Of a stretch of DNA of 38,666 bases, positions 17,491 through 24,518 are shown piece after piece (positions within the stretch are counted from its first letter, which is position 1; each line of letters starts with the position of its first letter). The stretch comes from a virus (lineage: Duplodnaviria; Heunggongvirae; Uroviricota; Caudoviricetes). The DNA lies in IMG/VR virus record IMGVR_UViG_3300045988_147970; one strand, given 5' to 3'. Below the pieces are notes generated by a model that was given only the letters and a program-made list of their open reading frames with translations, ran no database searches and was not told the DNA's origin. A program made the translations under genes and the position numbers.

Positions 17491-17898
17491 TTATATATGT
17501 TCACGACTGGACTTCCAGAATATCCACGCCAGATCAACATTCGGGTCCTGGTAATTCATCCCTTCGTTGGCACGAATCAATAATGTTTCATGGTTTTTAT
17601 CACCCGCATGAAACCTGACAAGTGCTTCGAACTTTTCGCGCCCATCATCCGGCACTACCACCGTTGGCGGCGCGGAGAATAGAGGTTTAGGTGATATTTC
17701 CGCACGTTTTGCGTATGCTTCAACTGTGTCAGGGTTAAACAGGATTATGTTTTCACCGCATTCCCACGCTACCGGCTCTGCTTCCAGTGATGCCAGAGCA
17801 ATTTCATAAGCACGGCGCTCAATATTGTCTCGGACGTCCAGGCTGCCTATGCGCTCTTTGATTTCTTTAATCAGTTCTTTGTCGGTTAAAGTGGTCAT
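17491..17898 (-). CDS. hypothetical protein (candidate late regulator by position)
   Basis: 135-aa ORF immediately upstream of the late-region leader and terminator; no motif recognised. Confidence 0.3.
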   Translation of the reverse strand: MTTLTDKELIKEIKERIGSLDVRDNIERRAYEIALASLEAEPVAWECGENIILFNPDTVEAYAKRAEISPKPLFSAPPTVVVPDDGREKFEALVRFHAGDKNHETLLIRANEGMNYQDPNVDLAWIFWKSSREHI

Positions 17899-18104
17899 TT
17901 GTTAATCCTCAAAACTTTATGCCCGGGCGCAAAAGCACGCGTTTTGTCGGCGCTTATTCGCCACCCATCTTTACGTGCCTCTTTTGCACAGCCAGCCCAT
18001 GACGTACCGATATATTCACCGAAGTCTGGTACTGGATATACACCTTCCGTACACTGGCGGCAGTCACAATAGAGATGCATGGTGTAACTTGCGGCAACAG
18101 CCAT
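17895..18104 (-). CDS. small Cys-rich protein (possible zinc-binding)
   Basis: Start at MAVAASY (residue 37 of the track ORF) with GGAG 8 nt upstream; contains CDCRQC. Confidence 0.3.
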   Translation of the reverse strand: MAVAASYTMHLYCDCRQCTEGVYPVPDFGEYIGTSWAGCAKEARKDGWRISADKTRAFAPGHKVLRINK

Positions 18105-18105
18105 A

Positions 18106-18297
18106 TCACTCTCCTTTAGTACGCAAGTGGTTTTTCCAGCGGTTTTGCGCCGCGCTGCGCTTATCTTTGACTCCCTCTCTGGCAATTCCAGAAAATGAAA
18201 ACAACACCACACGGCGATTGCTAACTCTCAACCACTGGCTGGGGTAGCAAAGTCTGTATACACGGGAAATAAGCATCTTTGCTTTACGGTTTTTCAT
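18106..18297 (-). CDS. hypothetical small basic protein
   Basis: 63-aa ORF; ATGA start/stop overlap with the upstream 58-aa ORF. Confidence 0.25.
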   Translation of the reverse strand: MKNRKAKMLISRVYRLCYPSQWLRVSNRRVVLFSFSGIAREGVKDKRSAAQNRWKNHLRTKGE

Positions 18298-18470
18298 CGC
18301 TTTGCTCTCCTGCGTCTCTTTGCTGCTCGTCGTGCCGCTGCAATACCGGTATGGCGGCGCTTTGGTGCCGGGATGATGTTGTCAGCCATCAGGACATGTG
18401 GCTTTGCAATTAGCGCAGAAGCCCAAAAACGAGTCGGGTACGGTAACAAGCCGATACATGCCACACGCAT
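18294..18470 (-). CDS. hypothetical small protein, 58 aa, highly basic C-terminus (not in the ORF track)
   Basis: Manually translated MRVACIGLLPYPTRFWASALIAKPHVLMADNIIPAPKRRHTGIAAARRAAKRRRRAKR; TAATG overlap with the upstream stop and ATGA overlap with the next start. Confidence 0.25.
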   Translation of the reverse strand: MRVACIGLLPYPTRFWASALIAKPHVLMADNIIPAPKRRHTGIAAARRAAKRRRRAKR

Positions 18471-19105
18471 TACTCACCTCCTTTGATGCGAATGCCAGCG
18501 GCGCGTGGCACATTAACTTCCACGATACGCACTGTTGGTTTGTACATCTCAATCGCTGTCAGCCAGTCAGCTCCTGTCATGCGCTTTTCCGCATCGCCAT
18601 TAGTCCACTGAACCGGTACACCAATAGCCTTCATCGCGATTTCTATTTCCCCGGCGATGGCGCTTTTTCCGCAACCAGTAAAACCAGAAACAACGACAAG
18701 AACTTCACCTTTGGCTGGTTTTATTTCCCGCGCTTCCAGTTCTGCTATGCGCTTACTTCCATCCGCGATTACTCCCTCGTAATACTCGCGTTGCTCGTTG
18801 AGTTTTGATTTTGCTTCCTCAAGCTCAACACGCAGCTTCCCTACCGTTAGCGCAATATCCTCGTTCTCCTGGTCGCGGCGTTTGATGTATTGCTGGTTTC
18901 TTTCCCGTTCATCCAGCAGTGCCAGCACGGTTTCTGGTCCGGTCAGAAATTTGAAGGCGTTGAGCGCATCAATATCCACACCGTAATCTTTAAGTTCCTG
19001 TTCACTTAACAAGTCATCATCAGCTGGCAACATTAACAGGCGTTCCATTGCTGGAGTTGCACGTTCCGCCACCTCACGCAGTGCCTGGTAATTAATTTCG
19101 CTCAC
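18470..19105 (-). CDS. Ead/Ea22-like protein with C-terminal Walker A-like motif
   Basis: N-terminal MSEINYQALREVAERATP matches the characteristic Ea22-like start; central coiled coil; C-terminal VLVVVSGFTGCGKS. Confidence 0.5.
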   Translation of the reverse strand: MSEINYQALREVAERATPAMERLLMLPADDDLLSEQELKDYGVDIDALNAFKFLTGPETVLALLDERERNQQYIKRRDQENEDIALTVGKLRVELEEAKSKLNEQREYYEGVIADGSKRIAELEAREIKPAKGEVLVVVSGFTGCGKSAIAGEIEIAMKAIGVPVQWTNGDAEKRMTGADWLTAIEMYKPTVRIVEVNVPRAAGIRIKGGE

Positions 19106-19376
19106 TGGCTGCCTCCTGCTTTTCTGCCTTCAACACCATGCGAGAACCATCATCCAGCTCCCACACTATCTCACCACCTTCAGCCATGACCAGTTGCCAC
19201 ACCAATTGAGCAGCCTCATTGGTAACATCACGACCTGGATCATTGCCAACGCGCATACGTCCACCTTCAACATCGCGCATTTTTGCCAGCATGATAGTTT
19301 TTGATAGCGGTGAAAAACCAAGCTGTAGCCGTGCGGAATTACTCACTGGTTGCCCCCTGAATACGTTTAAACTCAA
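19092..19376 (-). CDS. hypothetical protein
   Basis: 94-aa ORF in the operon. Confidence 0.3.
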   Translation of the reverse strand: MSLNVFRGQPVSNSARLQLGFSPLSKTIMLAKMRDVEGGRMRVGNDPGRDVTNEAAQLVWQLVMAEGGEIVWELDDGSRMVLKAEKQEAASERN

Positions 19377-20031
19377 TTACCCATACCCACGGGTTAGATA
19401 GCCAGTTCTCTTGCCCGTAAATACCGCGCCAGATATCACCAAAGCCAACGCGATAAACAGCTTCCGGTGGCGTAATTTTGTACGTCGCCGGAAATGCGCC
19501 TTCCGCTTTCGCATCTGCCTCGCTAATGTCATGCAGCCGTTCCACACGCACGTCGGTAATTTCCAGAAGAATGCGTGATGCCCATCGCGGCATGTGAATT
19601 GATGGACACCACCCGCCATCAAACTTTTCATTCACAGTGTGAGGTTTCCAGTCGGCATCATCGGGTATCGACCACAGGCCGTAATCACCAGGCTTTTGCT
19701 CGCAACTGGCCCGATAAATCCTTGCTGCGTTCTTCTCATCGCCACGACAAAGGTTGTCGTTCCAGTCCACACTGCAACCATCCTCATTGCCTAATATCGC
19801 CCACGCTTCACGGACCCATATGCGATCACCAACGTTACCGAACGGGCATAAACCATGTTCAGGTGCATCCATAACGTGGGTATAGACACCATTGCGTTTC
19901 TTTGTCGGTTTACGGATAACCAGGCAGTTATCGGCCCTGACATTTTTTACAGGTCGGCGAGTCTGCGTCTTCCTTCCTTCGAGGATGGCCCTGACCATCG
20001 CATCATTAAAAATCATGCCGCGCTCTTTCAT
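19339..20031 (-). CDS. ASCH-domain-like protein
   Basis: Start at MKERGMIF; AILEGRKTQTRR resembles the ASCH GxKTxTxR motif (as in E. coli YqfB) and C-terminal WVIEFK resembles the YqfB C-terminus. Confidence 0.45.
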   Translation of the reverse strand: MKERGMIFNDAMVRAILEGRKTQTRRPVKNVRADNCLVIRKPTKKRNGVYTHVMDAPEHGLCPFGNVGDRIWVREAWAILGNEDGCSVDWNDNLCRGDEKNAARIYRASCEQKPGDYGLWSIPDDADWKPHTVNEKFDGGWCPSIHMPRWASRILLEITDVRVERLHDISEADAKAEGAFPATYKITPPEAVYRVGFGDIWRGIYGQENWLSNPWVWVIEFKRIQGATSE

Positions 20032-20036
20032 CTTGC

Positions 20037-20402
20037 TCACTTCAACTCCTCCCGACGACGTTCCTGAAGCTCTAGCATTGCGGCTCGGAAATCCTGCCAC
20101 CATTCCTCATCTGCAACGGGGGTGTTTCGCTCCAGCACCTTGTCCGCATCAGCGATCAGGTTTGCCAGACTCTTGTCTGAAATCTTCGTTACCGGAGTCG
20201 TTGGTTGCTCAACCTGCCCGATAGGTTTTATCGTGCTCAAAAGGAGGCGACGGCTGGAAAGTGGCGACCCACAACGGCGCCCATCTTCCTTGCGATATGT
20301 TTCTTTCGGACCAACACACCAGGTTGTCGGCGTTTCGCGTAACTTCACTTTTTTCTCACCATCAATGGTGATGATTATTCCGGTATGGGTTTTGATGCTC
20401 AT
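20037..20402 (-). CDS. hypothetical protein
   Basis: 121-aa ORF in the operon. Confidence 0.3.
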   Translation of the reverse strand: MSIKTHTGIIITIDGEKKVKLRETPTTWCVGPKETYRKEDGRRCGSPLSSRRLLLSTIKPIGQVEQPTTPVTKISDKSLANLIADADKVLERNTPVADEEWWQDFRAAMLELQERRREELK

Positions 20403-20680
20403 GCCACAGCCCCTCTCAACGGCTTAACTTTGGCTAATAAGGTGTTAAACAACATGGAGTTAGGATTCATGCCAAATGGCAATTCCGGTTTAGCGGAGTA
20501 GTACAGGCAACCATTTATTTTCCTGGTTGTTATCTGTCCTTCGGCAACCATGCTTCTCAGTCTGCAACGCATAGAGTTCTGCGACACACCAATGTGCTCC
20601 GCGATTACGTCCACTTTTGAACATGGGTGATCGGTCAGGAAATTAATCACATCTTGGGGGTTAATAATTTTGCGTTTCAT
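20399..20680 (-). CDS. small putative winged-helix DNA-binding protein
   Basis: 93 aa; VDVIAEHIGVSQNSMRCRLRSMVAEGQI resembles a wHTH recognition region; AT-rich promoter-like sequence upstream. Confidence 0.3.
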   Translation of the reverse strand: MKRKIINPQDVINFLTDHPCSKVDVIAEHIGVSQNSMRCRLRSMVAEGQITTRKINGCLYYSAKPELPFGMNPNSMLFNTLLAKVKPLRGAVA

Positions 20681-20757
20681 TGTCGAGGCGTCCTTATAAA
20701 TTTATATAAATATATAATTCTATATAAGGCGGGAGACATCCCGCCGTAGGCTTACTG

Positions 20758-21825
20758 TCAGGCTTTCAATAGCGATTCTTTCAGATATCGGGCATCAGCC
20801 AGGGCGTTTGGAGTAATCTTGCGAACCCATGCATTACGGGTTGGACTCCACTTAAAGGCGCGTGATTTAAGCAGCGAACGAATGTTTGCCTCTGGTTTGC
20901 CTGGGAAATAAAACAGGATGCGGTTATCCTCTGGATCTATCTCCATAGAAAAGCCGTCGTATTCTTCGCGCTGTGCTCCTGTTACAGACTTGACCGATTC
21001 AAGCTCCTTAATACGGCTCTGTAGTCGTTTGATTTCGGCGTTATTGTTGCTCAGTGCGTATGAAGGGAATCCGATGTGCCCACAGAAATCTCCGGCCAGT
21101 AACTCTTTGGCTTCGCTTTCTGTAAACCTGAGATCGATTAATGCAGAAAGCTGCTGTAATTGGTCTTTTTTGTATTTGCGAATGGCCTTATTTGCGGCCT
21201 TCATTTTGACGTGTGACTTCATGCAGCCTTGCAGCTTACGAAGCAACTTAAATAGCGCATCAGGATCATCAGACGAAATTCCATTACGACCAACACCTGC
21301 GGCTTTGCTCTCGTAGTGTGATGCTTTACTTTCGCATTCAACAAACGCTTTTCTTAATAACGCATCAGCTTTAGACAAACGGCGGCGATGGCCTTTCGCG
21401 CTATAATGGTCAACTAAAATCGGCTGGCCTAACGGGATCACATCCAACAGGTCATGCGCTCGCTTATGCGCTACCGCACCTTCTTTTCTGGCTTTTTCTG
21501 CACGAGCAATATATCGGGCAAGACGCGCGTTCTGGCGTTCCTGATAGGTGTTTACGTAATCATCTCCGCGCTGCTGCTGTTCAAGCCATGCTTTGCGCAG
21601 ATCTTCTGTTACGTCCACCAGCTCCGCAGGGATACAACCAGTTTGGGCTTCATAAGAGTAACCATCCTCATAGATACGCCCATCATCTTCAACAAAGAAA
21701 AAGGTTTCGTGCTCATCGCTTTTGACCATACGACCATTAACATGGCGTAATAGGTAGCCAGTATCAGTGCTTAACAAGCTGTTAGGGTTGTTGATCCAGT
21801 CAGAAATAATTACTTGTTTATTCAT
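20758..21825 (-). CDS. DUF3560-like protein with N-terminal extension
   Basis: Start at MNKQVII (residue 51 of the track ORF) with GGAG RBS; motifs GQPILVDHYSAKGHRRR, SSDDPDALFKL, KAANKAI, DFCGHIGFPSYALSNNNAEIKR, FKWS match my recollection of DUF3560. Confidence 0.5.
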   Translation of the reverse strand: MNKQVIISDWINNPNSLLSTDTGYLLRHVNGRMVKSDEHETFFFVEDDGRIYEDGYSYEAQTGCIPAELVDVTEDLRKAWLEQQQRGDDYVNTYQERQNARLARYIARAEKARKEGAVAHKRAHDLLDVIPLGQPILVDHYSAKGHRRRLSKADALLRKAFVECESKASHYESKAAGVGRNGISSDDPDALFKLLRKLQGCMKSHVKMKAANKAIRKYKKDQLQQLSALIDLRFTESEAKELLAGDFCGHIGFPSYALSNNNAEIKRLQSRIKELESVKSVTGAQREEYDGFSMEIDPEDNRILFYFPGKPEANIRSLLKSRAFKWSPTRNAWVRKITPNALADARYLKESLLKA

Positions 21826-21831
21826 CAGATT

Positions 21832-21935
21832 TCTCCGGTTTAACCAGGGCGGGTATCGCTCGGTTTCGGGTATAACCTTAGGAAATTTTTTCCCACCCGT
21901 AAAGCACTTTTTATATAAATCTATAATTATATAAA
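21832..21935. repeat. ~104-bp duplicated promoter-leader module, copy B
   Basis: See copy A; upstream of the DUF3560-like gene start at 21825. Confidence 0.6.
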
Positions 21936-22018
21936 TAATAGTGACTGGTGCTTTTTTAGGCTGCACATTAAACATTTTTGTTTAGCTTATTGGCAAGGTC
22001 TTGAAAAAGACATTTCAG

Positions 22019-22034
22019 CAATGGTATACCATTG
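22019..22034. promoter_or_regulatory. 16-bp perfect palindrome CAATGGTATACCATTG, operator-like
   Basis: Lies ~60 bp upstream of the plus-strand regulator start in the divergent intergenic region; overlaps a -35-like TTGAAC. Confidence 0.5.
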
Positions 22035-22091
22035 AACATGGTATCGGCTGAATTTTACAATTAACACATTTTAAACAATTGGAGGTGCCAA

Positions 22092-22376
22092 ATGGCTAAA
22101 CCAAAATCTGAAATTGATGCTATTCGAGCATTAACAGAAGTAACAATTAAAGGTTTTGAGCAGGTTGCTCAGGCATTAGTTGATATGAGAGAAGCTCAGG
22201 GAAAAGTCGCACGAGCAACATATAATGGATTAACCTCCTCAGGAAAATCTCGCTATGTTGCATCGCTAGTAGAGGAAGTAGGATCACAAGCTGAAGTAAG
22301 CCGCATGTTAAATATCACACCTGGGCGCGTTAGCCAGCTTATGAAGTCCGAAAAAAACCGCAAAAATGGTAAGTAA
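22092..22376 (+). CDS. putative DNA-binding regulator; the only convincing plus-strand gene
   Basis: 94 aa; GGAGGTG RBS 5 nt upstream; C-terminal HTH-like SQAEVSRMLNITPGRVSQLMK; 16-bp perfect palindrome in its promoter region. Confidence 0.45.
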   Translation: MAKPKSEIDAIRALTEVTIKGFEQVAQALVDMREAQGKVARATYNGLTSSGKSRYVASLVEEVGSQAEVSRMLNITPGRVSQLMKSEKNRKNGK

Positions 22377-22380
22377 ATAA

Positions 22381-22403
22381 GTAAGGCCCCAATGGGGCCT
22401 TAC
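22381..22403. terminator. bidirectional rho-independent terminator between convergent genes
   Basis: Near-perfect hairpin GTAAGGCCCC-AAT-GGGGCCTTAC flanked by A/T-rich sequence on both sides. Confidence 0.6.
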
Positions 22404-22409
22404 ATTATG

Positions 22410-22709
22410 TTAGACATGGAACGCTACTCGCTTTCCTGTAGGAAGCTCAACATCCAGGCTTAATTTGCCTCCCATAGCTTCAACGTAACGCTTTAATGTC
22501 GCCAGCTTTAAATCATTTCCGCGCTGCTCCAGCTTTGTTACTGCTGGCTGGCTTATACCCATCGCCTCAGCAACCTGTTTTTGTGATAACTGGAGTTCTT
22601 CACGCATCATCTGCAAGCCGACCTCAAGAATCATCTCATCTGCCATTTCTTTAATTCGCGCCTGGCTTTCAGGTGAACGGCTGGCAATCACCTCATCTAA
22701 TGTTCTCAT
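22410..22709 (-). CDS. HTH XRE-family antitoxin (HigA-like)
   Basis: 99 aa; HTH QKQVAEAMGISQPAVTKLEQ; start overlaps the toxin stop by 1 nt (ATGA). Confidence 0.65.
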   Translation of the reverse strand: MRTLDEVIASRSPESQARIKEMADEMILEVGLQMMREELQLSQKQVAEAMGISQPAVTKLEQRGNDLKLATLKRYVEAMGGKLSLDVELPTGKRVAFHV

Positions 22710-23056
22710 TACTTGCTCTCCAGTGTGTTCAGATGTGCTGCAAACTCATCCTCAGCTATACGCACCAGTTTTTTATAAAACCGCTTATCGTTACTTTTGT
22801 CTCCTGCACAAAGAACGATGGCCCGACGAATCGGATCGAACGCATAAAAGGCTCTTATCGGACGGCCAGAAAACTGAACGCGAAGCTCTTTCATATTTTT
22901 GTACCGAGAACCTTTTACGGTATCGGCATATGGCCTGGGTAACTCAGGTCCGTAAACCTGTAGATTTTTCAAATCAGCCAAAACCTTTTCCTGAAGAGCC
23001 TCTTCTTGCTCATTTAGCCAGTCGTCAAATCGCTGGCTAAAAAGTACCGTCCACAT
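22709..23056 (-). CDS. RelE/HigB-superfamily toxin, phage Gp49-like
   Basis: Start at MWTV with AGGA RBS; ADTVKGSRYKNMKELRV...AFYAFDPIRRAIVLCAGDK...KRFYKKLVRIAEDEF matches the Gp49-like toxin pattern. Confidence 0.65.
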   Translation of the reverse strand: MWTVLFSQRFDDWLNEQEEALQEKVLADLKNLQVYGPELPRPYADTVKGSRYKNMKELRVQFSGRPIRAFYAFDPIRRAIVLCAGDKSNDKRFYKKLVRIAEDEFAAHLNTLESK

Positions 23057-23300
23057 GCTCAATCCTATAACCTGTAGTTTATACCACTGACTATATAACC
23101 CGTAGGTTATAATTTCAAGAAAAACGGGGCTATTTAACATAATGGACGTTATCGGCACCACCGGATCACCGTTCATTGTCGGATCTAAAAAATCCGCTCA
23201 AAAGATCATGTTTTCCTGGGCGTTTTCCACCGTTTTTTATGTTGCTTATTTGTTAATGAAATCTCGTTTTCAGTTTCGCCTCATTTTCGACGCGAAAGCC

Positions 23301-23591
23301 CTATTTTTGTGACTTTACTCCTGGCATATGGACTTCCCAGCGACGAATCCCCATAGCTGCGCAAAAATCAGCCACATAATTCAATCCCGCCCATTCGCGG
23401 ATACCACCACGGGCTTTTTCAATGAAAACGGCAATCCCTTTTTTATTGAGAGCAAAAAGCCGCCAGCTTTTTGTCACTTCGTCCTGGGTAGCCACAACAC
23501 AAGTGAAAGCTCCCATGCGATACAGGTCCAAGAACTCTTTGCGTGTTTTGCGTACAAGTTCCATAACAAACCTCATATTTGCATGTTTCAA
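23301..23591 (-). CDS. hypothetical protein
   Basis: 96-aa ORF whose start overlaps the stop of the upstream HTH gene. Confidence 0.3.
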   Translation of the reverse strand: MKHANMRFVMELVRKTRKEFLDLYRMGAFTCVVATQDEVTKSWRLFALNKKGIAVFIEKARGGIREWAGLNYVADFCAAMGIRRWEVHMPGVKSQK

Positions 23592-23887
23592 ACATCTGTT
23601 TTGTTATCAATGAAGATTAACCCTAACCCAGCGAAGTAACACAGCAGCGCCCAGGCTGCATACGGAATGCTGGATCTGGATGTGGACTCCTTTAACATCT
23701 GCCAGTTGCGAACATTGCGACTATCTTTTAAGCCTAGTTTTTTGGCTAACTGCGAGCCGCTCATTCCGGTCAGGCCAATGACTGCCCGAACTTCTCCACA
23801 TGTAGGAGATTCCCATTCATCCGCTTTTTTTAAACAAGCCGGATTCAACATTTTTAAAACAGTATCTTTATCCATAACCATCTCCAT
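23588..23887 (-). CDS. XRE-like HTH protein with C-terminal hydrophobic segment
   Basis: HTH-like GMSGSQLAKKLGLKDSRNVRNWQ; C-terminal IPYAAWALLCYFAGLGLIFI; palindrome AGGAAA-N3-TTTCCT just upstream of the start. Confidence 0.4.
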   Translation of the reverse strand: MEMVMDKDTVLKMLNPACLKKADEWESPTCGEVRAVIGLTGMSGSQLAKKLGLKDSRNVRNWQMLKESTSRSSIPYAAWALLCYFAGLGLIFIDNKTDV

Positions 23888-23906
23888 TTATTATATCTAC
23901 GATGGT

Positions 23907-23921
23907 AGGAAATCTTTTCCT
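23907..23921. promoter_or_regulatory. operator-like perfect inverted repeat AGGAAA-TCT-TTTCCT
   Basis: Perfect 6-bp inverted repeat with 3-bp spacer ~20 bp upstream of the HTH gene start; near-identical copies at 14300..14314 and 21880..21894. Confidence 0.5.
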
Positions 23922-24368
23922 ATGTGGCAATAGAAATTTACTACATTGCGTATAAGACAAGTTTTCTATGTCTAATAGGAAATGATGTTTCTTACATTTT
24001 ATCGCGTTCTGATGGCTACTGTGTGCGTATTTATCGACGTTTATTGATAAGGCTCGCCCCTTCCTCCTGCAAAGCCCGGCCGTAGGCCTTATTTCGGCCT
24101 TATATAAATTGATTTTGTATAGTTCGAAACGTGCCGTTTCGAAAAGGATGATCAGGCTGCTCCATGCCTCCGGCAAGTGCCGGAGGAGGTATATTTGAGC
24201 GTAGCGACTCGAACCGGCGCGAGCTTTAGCTCGCTGCAAGGGCGAACATATTCACAGGCAAAGCCTGTGTAAGTTAAATAAAGAAAGTCTTAATAAAAGA
24301 AAGTGATTTTGCATTTATTTGTTTAGTGCATCTATTATAAAAAACCATTTGCATATACATATCAGAAC

Positions 24369-24377
24369 TGTGGATAA
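24369..24377. promoter_or_regulatory. DnaA box (TGTGGATAA) within candidate oriR
   Basis: Perfect 9-mer consensus ~145 bp downstream of the repA stop in an AT-rich stretch. Confidence 0.5.
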
Positions 24378-24518
24378 CTTTATTAGCCGATGCCTGTAAA
24401 GGCGATATTTTTGCTGTGTTCAGGTTTAGAGAAAATTAATTTAGATTGTTTTTTGAACAGATATTTTATTGCGACGTAGATAATCCTCCGGTAAAACCGG
24501 ATTCATCATTCAGGTGGG

